From NCBI GenBank assembly GCA_946965045.2, contig OX337235.1, positions 310,001 through 374,000 of the forward strand: a DNA stretch of 64,000 bases, in the 5' to 3' direction. Under the pieces are notes generated by a model, which saw nothing but the letters and a program-made list of their open reading frames with translations, did not search any database and had not been told where the DNA came from. This stretch comes from Epithemia pelagica (Eukaryota > Protista > Bacillariophyta). This document shows, one piece after another, positions 18,112 to 29,598 of this stretch (positions are counted from its first letter, which is position 1; each line of letters opens with the position of its first letter). The translations under genes were made by a program, and so were the position numbers.

Positions 18112-21100
18112 ATGTCATTTCCGTATCGAGACAACAATCGCAACCACAATCCATATCACCCGAATCATCGTGGTTCCGGTCATGTTCATGCACCATCAGT
18201 ATCGCTCTCTCAAACAGGAGATTTCACTCCAGTGTCGGGTGTGACTGCGACAACTTCTTTTCCAGCCGCCGCTCCTGCACCCGATGCGCCACCACAACCA
18301 CAACAGTCGCACCTGCAACAGCAAGTGCAGGACTTGCAACAGCAATTGGAACAAAAGGATGAATCCTTGTGGGATGTGTCGGCGACACTGGCGACTGTTC
18401 AAGCGGAATCGACGGTTCGACTCCAACAAGTGCAACAAGAATCGCAGTCCAAAATTGCCCAACTCGAACAACAAGTGCGACAATTGCAACACGAAGCCCA
18501 ATTGTTGCTCGTCCAAAAACAAAGCCAACAACTCCAACAAGCCAAGGCCAGTTCCAATGCCGCAGCTTCTACCAACAATACCACACGAGGTTTGTCACAG
18601 CACCACGCCAAACGGCCTCGATCGTCCATTTCCTCCATGCCCACTGTGGTTCCACCTCCTACACCTCAACCATTCTCCTCCTCCAGATCAACACGTCCCT
18701 CCTCCTCGTCGTCCTTTTCGGTTTCGTCGCCCGAGTTTCCCCTTCCCGAAACACCCTTGCCTATCCACAAGGAGAAGGAACAACCACAAGACGATCCTCC
18801 TCCTTCCCCCGAAACAACACCAACAAACACTTCTTCGAAACCAATCACTACTACTACCTCCTCGGTGCCCCCTGCGACACTGCTTCCACCAACAGCAACA
18901 GGTTCGTCTTTTGCTGGGCCGTCATGGTCCTCTTCCTTATCGCCCTTGTCGTTACCACACTTGTTGCTTCAAAGCATTGCCGCTGGTACGATAACAGGCA
19001 ATGATGGAGACTCGGTACCAGAGTCCTTCGACGAGAATCCTTCCTGGTCTCGTCAGCACAAGGACGACAAGAACCAGCGTCGGCAGCAGCCAACCACCCA
19101 GCAAAGGTCGTCAAGTCGCCCCCGCAACAACAACAAGAACAACACTCCGTATCCCGAGGCGCTTCAAGATTTGTACGAGTACAAACCAGAATCTCCTCCG
19201 TGGAAGCAGGCACCACATCAACAACAACACTATCAAGACCGTTTCAAGGCCTTGTTGACACCCCTGGTACGGGTGGCCCCTGCCGGAGGGAATGCCAACA
19301 ATGTACCAGTTTTGCAACTCGAACAAGATACCCTCTTGTGTTTGCTACAAGAGTTTGTGCTTCCGGTACGGTTGGTGCAGCAACAGGAATCGTCTCATGT
19401 GGCAATTCGTTCTGGTCATTCTTCTCCCTCGGCTCCGTCTCCTACTAGCAGTGGAACATGGCGCGACTCGTACCACTGGATCTTGACCCTGTTGCCCTGG
19501 TTGCATCAAGCACTGCTTTGGGCTCGTCCCGAAACCTGTCGCTGGATCGTACAACGAGAGCAACGTGAAAACCCTCCAGACGTTCCTACGGCGACTGTGC
19601 CAACCACACACTGCACACCAACAACAACAACACCCGACATGTGGTCGAGAGAGTCTTCTCGTCGGGGTCGTACACTGCGGGTTCGATCGTCGACTTTGGC
19701 CAAGGAAGTAGTATCCTCGAATCAGGATGGTTCCATGGAAACAACACCAACACCAACTGGTAGCAAAACCACTTTCCAGAAGGATTGGCGCCGTGACTTG
19801 GTCGACCGAGCCATTCAAGTCTTGTGTCACATGGCCTTGTTTCAATTTGAGCCACATGTCTCAAACGCGGGTAACAGCAGCAGCAACACCCAAGAGAGCA
19901 CCACCAGCAAAGAGGACCGGACGGAACGACAACGTCAACATCAAGCTTTTTTGGGTGCAGTCACTGGGTTGGCACCCTTTCATGTCACCGGTACGAATGA
20001 CGACGACGAGGAGGATCCCTATTATGTCAGGGACCATGACGAACGAATCGCCTCGGAACGGTATTTACTTCAACTCCAACTCTCGGTTTGGGCCTTGCGG
20101 ATCCTCCAAACCTTGCTGGGACATGTTGTGGTGGGGGAAGGCAATGCCAATTCCATGTCCCATGACAAGAAACGGAACCAAGCCTTGATTCGGAGCTGGT
20201 TGGAACGATTGGGTATGGTTCCAGATCATGAACAGGACAGTTCGTCCACCAATGACGCACCAGAAGGTGACCATCCGGATGCGGAAAACACAATGCCCGA
20301 GGACACGTCCCTCTTGGAAAGCACAGAGGCATCTCCTCATTCATCATCACCACCACATCGATTTCATCATAACCTGTTGTTGTTCTTGTTGCGACGGGCC
20401 ATGGACTTGCAAATTGCGCAACGCCAACTCCTTCCCAATGGTCACGACCCGGTGCAGCGCACCAAAAATGGGCGTCATCGCCGACTCCTGGGTGCTCCCT
20501 CTTCGGCCGCTGCCGCGGCAGCCTTTTATCAGAAGTCCAAACGACGAATCCTGCGACGAACCGCATCCTTGGCCACCACCATCACCACCACGACGACCGA
20601 TACGGAAATGACACCCGAGTCTCGTTTGGCCGAACTACAACAACAGCACGTGGATCGTGTGTTTCCAGTGGATTGGTGGTTGCCCCAAGCGCCCTGGGCT
20701 ATCCATGTATCGACTGGCTATCCCCACGACATGTACGGTGACCACGACAATGGCGATAGTGATGAGGAAGATGAGACCAACTACGCCTACCGAAAACGAA
20801 TTCATGCCATGATCTTGTGTGATCTTCAGCACGAACGAAACCATTGGTTGGTTCAGTGGATGACGGCGGCCATGGCATTGATTCGTCAAACGTGGACGGT
20901 GAGTCGATCCACATCCTTTTCGTCCTCCGAACATTGGTATACCCTGTGGATGATGGCACCGCAGAAACGTGCTCGCTACGTGTTGGCTACCGTGTTGGAT
21001 TGGACGCAACTCGTGTTTCTTCCCCAACTCAAACAGTGGGGAAACCTGCGTCGTCCAGTCCAGGACCAAGAATACGAAAACAGTGACAGCAATAACACAG

Positions 21101-22053
21101 AGGAAGAGGGACCCTATAGTGTTGGTTCGGCACAAGCCTTGTCCGCATTGGAACTGGAATGTGTTTGGTTAATTACCAATTTATTGCAAGAGCCTCAGTT
21201 GGGTGGACATGCCTTGGTTTGTACTCAAATGGGTGCCATGTCGTTGCCACTCCGGTTGCCCACCAATCACAACCAGCTCACCACGGACGCACACCGTACT
21301 TCCGCGGCAAGCAGCACTTCCATCCCGCTGAATCTGGCACCCCTGGACACGAGTGCCTTGACTCCGTCCTACTCGGCCATTGGTGTCTTGTCGCAAGTCC
21401 TCTTTGAATTGGTCCAACGACAGCACGTCGAATGCGAACAAAGCTTTTATGAAAGGGACAAGGAAGAGAAAGAAGAAGAACAAACGAAAAATCGTGAACA
21501 GGAATGGACTAGGTTGCGTGATGCCATTGTTGGCTTTTACGATGGCTTGTTGCGGATTACGCAGTTCAATCGGCAACAACAAGATGCCTTGGACGAGCAA
21601 CTGCAGCAGCAGCAACACGTCAAACTTAGTAGTCCGAAGAACCGAAGCTTGACCTTTTTGACACAGACCATGGAATGTCAAGACTTGTATACCAGTGCCA
21701 TGTCGGTGTTGCTCACAGCCTATGACATGGAACAAGAGGAACATCCACCCATACCCTCGTCGTCGTCATCATCCACTTCTGCTCCTCCACCGGCACATGC
21801 GCCGAATGGCGATTGGAAATCGTGGAATCCGGAACACGACACGGTCTGGATGCGTCGAACGAACCGTTCCTACGACGAGTCTTGGAGGAGGACGAGTAGG
21901 CTCATTACCACGGCCAGTAGTCGACTGGTCCCCGTCTCTTCCGGCATTGCCGCTCTTCTTCGATTGCAGTTGGAGGAATTGGAATTGGATCAAGAAGAAC
22001 AAGACGAAGAAGAACAAGAGCAGCAACAACAACAACGTGCGGGACGCCGATAA
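18112..22053 (+). CDS. Large hypothetical protein: N-terminal coiled coil, S/T/P/Q-rich linkers, helical blocks
   Basis: 1326-codon open frame; first ATG at 18112. No family recognised. Confidence 0.75.
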   Translation: MSFPYRDNNRNHNPYHPNHRGSGHVHAPSVSLSQTGDFTPVSGVTATTSFPAAAPAPDAPPQPQQSHLQQQVQDLQQQLEQKDESLWDVSATLATVQAESTVRLQQVQQESQSKIAQLEQQVRQLQHEAQLLLVQKQSQQLQQAKASSNAAASTNNTTRGLSQHHAKRPRSSISSMPTVVPPPTPQPFSSSRSTRPSSSSSFSVSSPEFPLPETPLPIHKEKEQPQDDPPPSPETTPTNTSSKPITTTTSSVPPATLLPPTATGSSFAGPSWSSSLSPLSLPHLLLQSIAAGTITGNDGDSVPESFDENPSWSRQHKDDKNQRRQQPTTQQRSSSRPRNNNKNNTPYPEALQDLYEYKPESPPWKQAPHQQQHYQDRFKALLTPLVRVAPAGGNANNVPVLQLEQDTLLCLLQEFVLPVRLVQQQESSHVAIRSGHSSPSAPSPTSSGTWRDSYHWILTLLPWLHQALLWARPETCRWIVQREQRENPPDVPTATVPTTHCTPTTTTPDMWSRESSRRGRTLRVRSSTLAKEVVSSNQDGSMETTPTPTGSKTTFQKDWRRDLVDRAIQVLCHMALFQFEPHVSNAGNSSSNTQESTTSKEDRTERQRQHQAFLGAVTGLAPFHVTGTNDDDEEDPYYVRDHDERIASERYLLQLQLSVWALRILQTLLGHVVVGEGNANSMSHDKKRNQALIRSWLERLGMVPDHEQDSSSTNDAPEGDHPDAENTMPEDTSLLESTEASPHSSSPPHRFHHNLLLFLLRRAMDLQIAQRQLLPNGHDPVQRTKNGRHRRLLGAPSSAAAAAAFYQKSKRRILRRTASLATTITTTTTDTEMTPESRLAELQQQHVDRVFPVDWWLPQAPWAIHVSTGYPHDMYGDHDNGDSDEEDETNYAYRKRIHAMILCDLQHERNHWLVQWMTAAMALIRQTWTVSRSTSFSSSEHWYTLWMMAPQKRARYVLATVLDWTQLVFLPQLKQWGNLRRPVQDQEYENSDSNNTEEEGPYSVGSAQALSALELECVWLITNLLQEPQLGGHALVCTQMGAMSLPLRLPTNHNQLTTDAHRTSAASSTSIPLNLAPLDTSALTPSYSAIGVLSQVLFELVQRQHVECEQSFYERDKEEKEEEQTKNREQEWTRLRDAIVGFYDGLLRITQFNRQQQDALDEQLQQQQHVKLSSPKNRSLTFLTQTMECQDLYTSAMSVLLTAYDMEQEEHPPIPSSSSSSTSAPPPAHAPNGDWKSWNPEHDTVWMRRTNRSYDESWRRTSRLITTASSRLVPVSSGIAALLRLQLEELELDQEEQDEEEQEQQQQQRAGRR

Positions 22054-23284
22054 TGTGTGGTTCCGCATGATCGACGGCTCGCTATGACCCTGGGGATTTG
22101 TTGTCTGCTCCTTTCGTTTGGGTGAGTCGACCGCCAACCGATACTAGAGCTACCGTCCCTGGGACCCAATGATTTGAAGCTCAGCGCACCCGGCAGATGA
22201 ATCTTTTAGAGTCGGTGGCCATGATGGTAAACGTGTTTGTGGTGGTGCTGTCGCAATACTGTCCCGACGACGACCACTCACATTCCCCAACACGACGCCA
22301 AACAGAGAATCACCAGGTGTAGTGTGCATGTTGGGTTTTTGGGGGGAAGCTCCGAAACTTGTGCAATCTATAGAGAGAGAGTGTGTCCGGTCCTCATTCT
22401 GCTTCTTGTGGTGGTTGTGGATGATTGATAATGTCCCTCCTGGAGTGCCATCGTGTGATTGTGTCCCTTGGAGGAACTCGGAAGGAAGGATAGCTACCTG
22501 TTACATGTGTCTGTTGGGGAATGGGGTTCGACGTTCGACGTTCCACGCTCTCTACGCTACCTCTAGAGATAGACCTAATAGAGGAGTAGCACTATTTTGT
22601 GGATAGCACGGAGTCTTTTTTGGTGAACATTCCAATTCGGCGCGCCAGCCTCTACGAGCAATGCCCCGTTGACAAGTTTAGATATCCTGTAGGATCCGAG
22701 GTCAACGGTCATGGCACGGCCGGCTCCACGGTCGGTTGGTCGTGTAGCGCGGCGAACACTTTTGAGATTGCACCATCCACGCTGGGTATGTTGTGTGCAC
22801 CGACGTTCATCGTGCCTCCTCCTTTTCTCCATGGCATCCAGAGACGACTGTAACAACAACAACGTCAACAACCTACATCCTTGAGAGAGTGCCATCCTAC
22901 TAGAGAGTGAGAGTACTGCGAGGTTTGAGTTCGTTTGAGGTTGGCTGTAGGTTTTCGGTTGGTGGTTCCCAAAGAAAAAAATTGGCAGGGTCGTTCTGGA
23001 AGAAAAGGGAGCGCTTCCAATTCGGTGAGTGTGGTGGGACGCAGCGCAAGTGGGGAGAGAAGTATTTTTGGGGAAATCTTGGGAGATTGAATTTGGGGAA
23101 ACAATTACACAACAACAATAACAAGAACAACGACTTGGTGCCAAACGATTTGGTTGTTTGGACGCTCTCGCAACCACAGGTTCCACTTTACAACCACTCC
23201 AATTTGCCATTCGACACTCCTTCGTCTTGTCTTGTCTTTGCTTCTTCTTCTTCTCTATTGAGGTGATACAACAACAGTACGGAA

Positions 23285-26140
23285 ATGCGCGATTACAATC
23301 AAATTGTCAATCTCGGCAAGTTATCCAACCAGAACAACAACCACCATTCTCGAGGATCGAGCAAACGAGGGCGTCCTACCAGTAGTACCACTACTACTAC
23401 CAATAGTCACTCTCCCTCGCAATCGCAACAACCACCACGCCCCTATCCCGACGACGAGGAAGAAAAAAAGGCCGACGATCACCATCCATCCGTGCCCAGC
23501 AGTAGTAGTGCCACGGCGGCCTCCTCGTACACCTCCACGGCACCCAGTACGCCTTCCACCACGGCCACGGCTCATGAAGCAACCGCATCGCAACAAGCAC
23601 CACCCCACAGTCCTCCTCGCACGAGTACCATGACGACAACCACGACGACAACCAGTGCCAATTTGTCGCCCACGGATGCCTTGTCCATGCGCCGCGAAGG
23701 GGCCGAAGCCACCATTGCTCGATTGCGGCAGGCCTTGGACGAATCCACGAGCAGTGAATCGCAAACCAAATCGGCCTTGGCCAAATCCGAAGCCGTCGTG
23801 TTGGAATTGAAATCGACGGTCCGCCAAATGAAGCGACAAATGGAGTCTGAAAAACAAGCACCGACGGATTCCTCCACCACCACGGGCAGTACGGCGCCCC
23901 ATAACCAAAACAATACGAATCAGGATCAACGATTGGGCGAATTGCAATTGCAATTGGATCGGGCCCATGCCCAAATGGTCACGGCCGATATGGTGCGCAA
24001 GGAATTGGAAGATACCCTCGAGGCGGAACAATATACGTGGGAATTGCGCGTCCAAGATCAAGAAAGACAAATTGCCGAATTGACGACGGATTGTGCCAGT
24101 CTGGTGAATGATTTGGAAAAGGCACGGACCCAACATGAATCGGAACAAGATGCCTGGCTCCAACAAGCCCAAGAATTGAATCAACAAATTGCCAAACTCC
24201 AACAAAAACAAGATGCTATTGAAGAACGACAATATGGCAACAACAACAATAATACCGAATCCGCCACGCAAGATTTGGTTCTGGCCGACTTGGAAGACAA
24301 GATTCAACAATTGGAACGAGAACGAACCGAATTGCAGGGCTGTTTGGATGAAGCGCTCAAGGAATTGGAAGCCGTTGATGCCGAATTGCAACAACAACAA
24401 TCGCCCAACGACCACAATAGTGACTTGGTGGAACCCCTCCAACACTTGTATCGATGGTTGTTGGAACGCGATGGACAAGCCGATTCCTACAATCATGGCA
24501 TTTTGACAACGACCACTAACCAAAATGGCCGACCATCCCAAGATGCCAAGGCGATTTTGAGTGCCATTCAAGATCATTTGCGACAGCACGAACCCGTCAC
24601 GGCGACGAATGCGACGGCCGCACTCGTGTCCATGGACGAACGAAAACGTTTGCAAGCCTTGGAGGCGGAATGTTCCGTCCTCAAGGGTGATTTACAAGCC
24701 CGACAAGAATCGTCGGACGAATTGCGGTCCAGTCTCAAGGAAGCTGTCGCCCTCCTCAAACCCTTGCAAGATGCCGTGGCGCAAGGAGATCGCGACAAGG
24801 CCCGATTGCAACAGCATGTGCAATCCTTCGAAACGGTCCAACAAGAGTTGCAAACCAAACAAGATGAATGCGACAATTATCAACAACAAGTGGAACGGTT
24901 GCAACTGGAATTGACCCAAGCCAAGGCCGTGACGGCTTCGTCGCTGGTGCAAACGGTCCGACAACAACAATTGCATGGGGGACGGGACTCGCCCGTCGAC
25001 GCCTTGCCGGGGGAATCCAAGGCGCGGGCCCGATTACGAGCCAAACGACAAGAAGAAGAACAAATCAAACAAATGTTGGATTCGGCACGGAATCGATTCC
25101 GATCCTTGCAACAACAAAATATGGATTTGACGGGAGCCAATACGGAATTGCAAGCTCAATTGGATACCCCCAAGGCCTTGCAATCGGCCGTCCAAGACGA
25201 ACTCCAGACCTTGCAACAGGAATTGACGACGACCAAACGAGAATTGGCCCAAAAGGAACAAGAATTGGAATCCCTCGAATCCGATTTGGCCACGGCCCAA
25301 GCCAATATACGACAATTGGAAGAACAACAAGAACAAGCCTCGTCCACCTTTCACAACCATACCCAATTGGAACAAGCCAAACAACGAGTTGAGGATTTGG
25401 AAACCAAATTAGGGGAAACCAATCACGAATTGCAACTGAAACAAACGGTCGAAAAGGCCCTCAACAAATCCCTCAAGGAAGCCTTGAACTTGTTGCGGCC
25501 TCTCCAACGGCATTTGGAAGATGCCGAACAAGAAAAACGAGCCTTGGCGACGGAATTGGAAAGCCTCAAGAAACGACTCGTGACATCGTCGACGCAACCA
25601 AATAATACGACCGCCTTGACGACCATGGCCCTGTCGGACCATGATTCCCAAAACGACCAAAAGGTGAAAGAATTGGAATATGCCGTGACGCAATTGGAAC
25701 AGGAAAATTCCCAATTGCACGATGCCTTGGACGATATGAGTCACAGTTTGAACAATGCCAGTCATGTCAGTGGGAGTACGGCGACACAAAATCGCAATAA
25801 CCATAGACTCAAGGAGGAATTGGTGGAATTGCAATCCCGCTACGAAGTGACGCAATCGCGATTGCAAGATGCCATTGTCGAAAACCATGCCTTGCGAAAC
25901 AATGTACCATCCACCACCATGGCGTCGGCCAGTTCCTTGGTATCCTCGTCCTCCCAAGGCGTGGGAACTGCAGGACCTTCCTTGACGAACAACCACACCA
26001 CAACGAGTCGCATGATACGGAATCGAAGAACGGACGACCGACCCGCCGCGACGACTTCCTGGCAAACCACATCCACAACAAATACGACGAATCCGAATCC
26101 CAACACGGGCAGCAAACGACGGAATCGACTCTCGTATTAA
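23285..26140 (+). CDS. Long coiled-coil protein (951 aa) with repeated LKEAxxLLxPLQ motif
   Basis: Long open frame with heptad-rich Q/E/L sequence; SLKEAVALLKPLQ and SLKEALNLLRPLQ. Confidence 0.8.
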   Translation: MRDYNQIVNLGKLSNQNNNHHSRGSSKRGRPTSSTTTTTNSHSPSQSQQPPRPYPDDEEEKKADDHHPSVPSSSSATAASSYTSTAPSTPSTTATAHEATASQQAPPHSPPRTSTMTTTTTTTSANLSPTDALSMRREGAEATIARLRQALDESTSSESQTKSALAKSEAVVLELKSTVRQMKRQMESEKQAPTDSSTTTGSTAPHNQNNTNQDQRLGELQLQLDRAHAQMVTADMVRKELEDTLEAEQYTWELRVQDQERQIAELTTDCASLVNDLEKARTQHESEQDAWLQQAQELNQQIAKLQQKQDAIEERQYGNNNNNTESATQDLVLADLEDKIQQLERERTELQGCLDEALKELEAVDAELQQQQSPNDHNSDLVEPLQHLYRWLLERDGQADSYNHGILTTTTNQNGRPSQDAKAILSAIQDHLRQHEPVTATNATAALVSMDERKRLQALEAECSVLKGDLQARQESSDELRSSLKEAVALLKPLQDAVAQGDRDKARLQQHVQSFETVQQELQTKQDECDNYQQQVERLQLELTQAKAVTASSLVQTVRQQQLHGGRDSPVDALPGESKARARLRAKRQEEEQIKQMLDSARNRFRSLQQQNMDLTGANTELQAQLDTPKALQSAVQDELQTLQQELTTTKRELAQKEQELESLESDLATAQANIRQLEEQQEQASSTFHNHTQLEQAKQRVEDLETKLGETNHELQLKQTVEKALNKSLKEALNLLRPLQRHLEDAEQEKRALATELESLKKRLVTSSTQPNNTTALTTMALSDHDSQNDQKVKELEYAVTQLEQENSQLHDALDDMSHSLNNASHVSGSTATQNRNNHRLKEELVELQSRYEVTQSRLQDAIVENHALRNNVPSTTMASASSLVSSSSQGVGTAGPSLTNNHTTTSRMIRNRRTDDRPAATTSWQTTSTTNTTNPNPNTGSKRRNRLSY

Positions 26141-26309
26141 CATGAGAGTCGCAAATTTTGGGTGCATATTCTCTCTACAGTCTCTCGCTGGCACTTGTGG
26201 TGGTGGTTGAGTAACACTTGGTAATACTAGTTTATACTTCTCCTTGGGGTTACAAAACACACACGCACATGTGTGGATGTGATGATTGTTTGACAACAGT
26301 AGTTCCTTA

Positions 26310-26544
26310 ATCTATAGACGCAGTTCCGTGGGTTAATGAGAAAAGGAATGCCCTACAATAGGTTTGCTACCGGTAATTACACAGTCCTAGCACCATTGGA
26401 ATGGTGCAAAAAACGGACGATTTATCTATAGACGCAATTCCGTGGGTTATGGGTTAATGAGAAAAGGAATGCCCTACAATAGGCTTGCTACCGGTAATTA
26501 CACAGTCCTAGCACCATTGGAATGGTGCAAAAATCGGACGATTT
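26310..26544. repeat. Tandem duplication (114 bp + 121 bp) covering the left end of a MITE
   Basis: Copies 26310-26423 and 26424-26544 differ by 3 substitutions and a 7-bp duplication (TGGGTTA) in copy 2. Confidence 0.92.
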
Positions 26545-26828
26545 ACCCGTAAAACGAGCATGCCCCCAAAGAGTTTCATCCGTCCATAAAATGAGAACTA
26601 TAAGTTGGATTTTGATGAGCCCGGGTGGGATCGAATCCTCTTTTGAAGAAGATTCAAATGATAATCATTAGACTAGCTAACTCAAAGTACTTCTAAAGTT
26701 GCAGTTTCAAACATGTGGCATTTCGGCTTTCAGACTTAACGGCAGATGCGTTGAGCACTACACATTGGTCCTATACAAATTTGAGCGGAAAGATTCAACG
26801 CATGGTGCTAGGACTGTGTAATTACCGG
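26491..26828. mobile_element. MITE-like non-autonomous element with terminal inverted repeats and TA flanks (Tc1/mariner-type signature)
   Basis: 26488-26517 (CTACCGGTAATTACACAGTCCTAGCACCAT) is the exact reverse complement of 26802-26831. TA at 26489-26490 and 26829-26830. No ORF inside. Confidence 0.75.
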
Positions 26829-27485
26829 TAGTCCTCCTTCTAGAGTGAGGATAGCCGCATGATTTCAAGAGCGACCCATACGCGTATCAGCATTTCTGTA
26901 TGGCCCCTTCGGAGTAAGTCTTCTCCTTCTTCCGTTTCGTCGGAATTTTGAAGCAGTCGATATAATGGTGGACATGTCCCATCGTCTGTCACAGGGGTTG
27001 GCGCCACTGGTTTGGAATCACATCATCATCTCCTGTTTTCCTTTCGAGAGCGGAACTTTGCACAACAAAGTACCAAGCCCAAAGCCAAAGCTCTATATTA
27101 TCATCTTGGGATATCATTTTGTTAGATGGAGACGCCAAAGCCCAAAGCCCACGTTGAGATTGCACATCCACCAAAGATATTCCCACGCCAGCTCAAGACT
27201 CTTATTAAATAGAACCGTTTGCAGAAACAACAACAACAAGCAACCACGAAAGCACGTGCTTCATCATCAATCATCATCTCTTCTCTCTTGGGCAGTCTCT
27301 CCTCTCCTCTCTCGGTCTAAGAATACAGAGAGCGAAACACTCGAGAGAGCACCAGGCACCACACAAGGCACCGCCACAACACAAGACGAGAGATCTGGAC
27401 TTGTGTGTGTGGGTATTGTTGGTCGTTCCCAAACGTCTCGAACCTCTGTTTGGTTGTTTCGTGTCCACTTACACACACAATCAGT

Positions 27486-29598
27486 ATGGAAGCAGGCAGA
27501 GTTTCATCGGTATCCTCCAACCATGCTGCTGCTCCTCGTGTGCCGTATGCCGCTGCTCGAGGCGCAGCACCACCCGCACCAACCGCTGCCCTTCCACCAC
27601 AACAACAACAGCAAGTCTCTTGGTTGTTCCCCACTCCAGCAACTACTACGAATGGTGAAACAACCACAGCACTCGGACGACCACCACAACCACTACAAGG
27701 AGGAGTAGGAAGAGGATCCACGTACCAGCACACCTCCACTACCCTCCACAACAATACTACGAATGGGACGAACCAAGCAACCAACAACAAGAAAATGCAG
27801 AAAACACGGCTTTCTTGGAATCTGTCCTTGTCTGAAGAAGAAGAAGATGTCGACGACCAAGCACAACCACCACCAGAGGCTTCTCCCGAAACGTGGACCG
27901 AATCCAACCTCTTCTGGTTGCAAGAATTGCGAGACCGTGCCCGGCATCATGTCGAAGAGGTACGTATATAGAGAGAGTCTGTATGTGGACCCTACAGAGA
28001 GAGTGTGTAGGAGAACCACCATGATTTGTGTTTGGAAAGTTGGTTGGTTCCATCCACTGGATGGACACCACACAAGAAAGGATCCTAACCGAGTGTGGTC
28101 CGGCAGGAGCACACGAGGGACAGGTTCGGTGGTGGAGCACTGACTGTTCAACTCTCTCATGTGTGTGTTTCTGCTGTTGTGCTATTCGTTTCGGTGTATT
28201 CTTGCTGTTGGCTGCTCGTTGTTCTCCATTTCCACCTTTCCACAGTACATTCGTCACGTCATTCCGTTGGAACGCAAACGTGCCTATGTCCAGGCCCGGA
28301 CGGTTTGTCCCCACTTGGTGGCGACGGAATCGGATGCCATTCCCTTTGTCCGATATTGTCAGTACAATGTCTGGGATGCGGCGGAACGACTCGTCTTGTA
28401 TTGGACCGAACGCCTCGCTGCCTTTGGACCGGATCGTGCCTTTTTGCCACTGACGCTCACGGGACGGGGCGCCTTGACGCAAGCCGATATTTTGAGTTTG
28501 CAAGCCGGATATCCCTGTATCTTGCCCGATACCACGACGTCCAATGGCGGTCAACAAGTCGTCTTTGGCGATCGACGACAATATGTGCAAGCCGCCACGA
28601 CGCAAACCCGTGTCCGGTCCGCCTTTTATCTCTGTCACTTGTTGGCCCAAGATGACCGCGCCCAAACCAAGGGCGTCTTGCTGTTCATTTTACTCGTCAT
28701 GCCGCGCGTCCAAGGCTTTGATCGCGCCTTTGTCCAAAAAAGTTTTTCCCTGGCCGTCCACGTCTTTCCCATTGTCTTTTACGTGCACTTGTTGAATTGC
28801 TTGCCCAAAACGCCCGCCAAACGTTATGCCGTCCAAGATATAATCTCGTCGTATGTTTTGGAAGTGATGGACTTGGGGTTTTGTGCCACGCAATTGACGG
28901 TCCACATTGAACGGGAACCGGGTCAATTGCTGCAGGAATTGCTCGATTTGGGTTTGACCAAGGAGGGCATTCCCACCTCGATTGGAGGCACGTGGACCTA
29001 TGATCAAGCTGCCGTCTGGTGTCGCGAACGAGCCCGTATCGATGAACAACGACCAGACGAACCACAACAACAAGTGCCAGCAGCGGCGCAACAACACAAC
29101 AAGGTGGTACACCCACAACAGGCGGCGGCGGGCATGATGGGAACCACCCTGCCACTGTCCACTCAGTCCACAAGAGCCACGGCCAAGAATCCGCCTTCGA
29201 CGGGAACACTCCACAGTAGCACTGCGCCAACCTCTCGGAAACGAGTTGCCAGTACTTCGACTACTACAACTACGACCAGCCAACCAGCACAACCCGACGA
29301 CAACAACCCCCAAACGACGACGACGCCCTCGAAAAAGCCATATTTTTGGTCACCCGTGACGGGAGCCACAGAAGAAGAACGACGCTTGCAATTGCGAACT
29401 TACAATGCCATTCATTCGCGACGCAAACGGGCTCGACGACGACAGGAATTTGAACATTTAAAAGAAGAAAGCAGTCAACTCAAAACGGAACATGCCCTTT
29501 TGCTGTCCGAACAGGCCCGACTCACAAAACTGCTCCAACAAGCTACGACGATAGTACAACAACTGCAACAACAACAACGACCAAAAGAAACCGAGTAA
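27486..29598 (+). CDS. CRAL-TRIO/Sec14-like domain + C-terminal bZIP protein (paralog B, intact); exons 27486-27959 and 28246-29598
   Basis: GTACGT..CACAG intron joins RARHHVEE|YIRHVIP. ESDAIPFVRYCQYNVWDAAERLVLYW..FGPDRAFLPLTLTGRGALT. NAIHSRRKR-x9-L heptads from 29404. Confidence 0.85.

Noticed and set aside
18112-22053. ATRIP/Rad26-like assignment
   Set aside because: A coiled coil followed by helical repeats is too generic, and no diagnostic motif was seen.
23304-25626. Numerous long antisense or off-frame ORFs (also 31627-34213, 39750-40712, 61618-63640)
   Set aside because: These are shadows of CAA-rich real genes, whose alternative frames are poor in stop codons.
26310-26544. CRISPR-like array (also considered for 41981-42108)
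   Set aside because: Only two units, no unique spacers, no cas genes, and a eukaryotic context.
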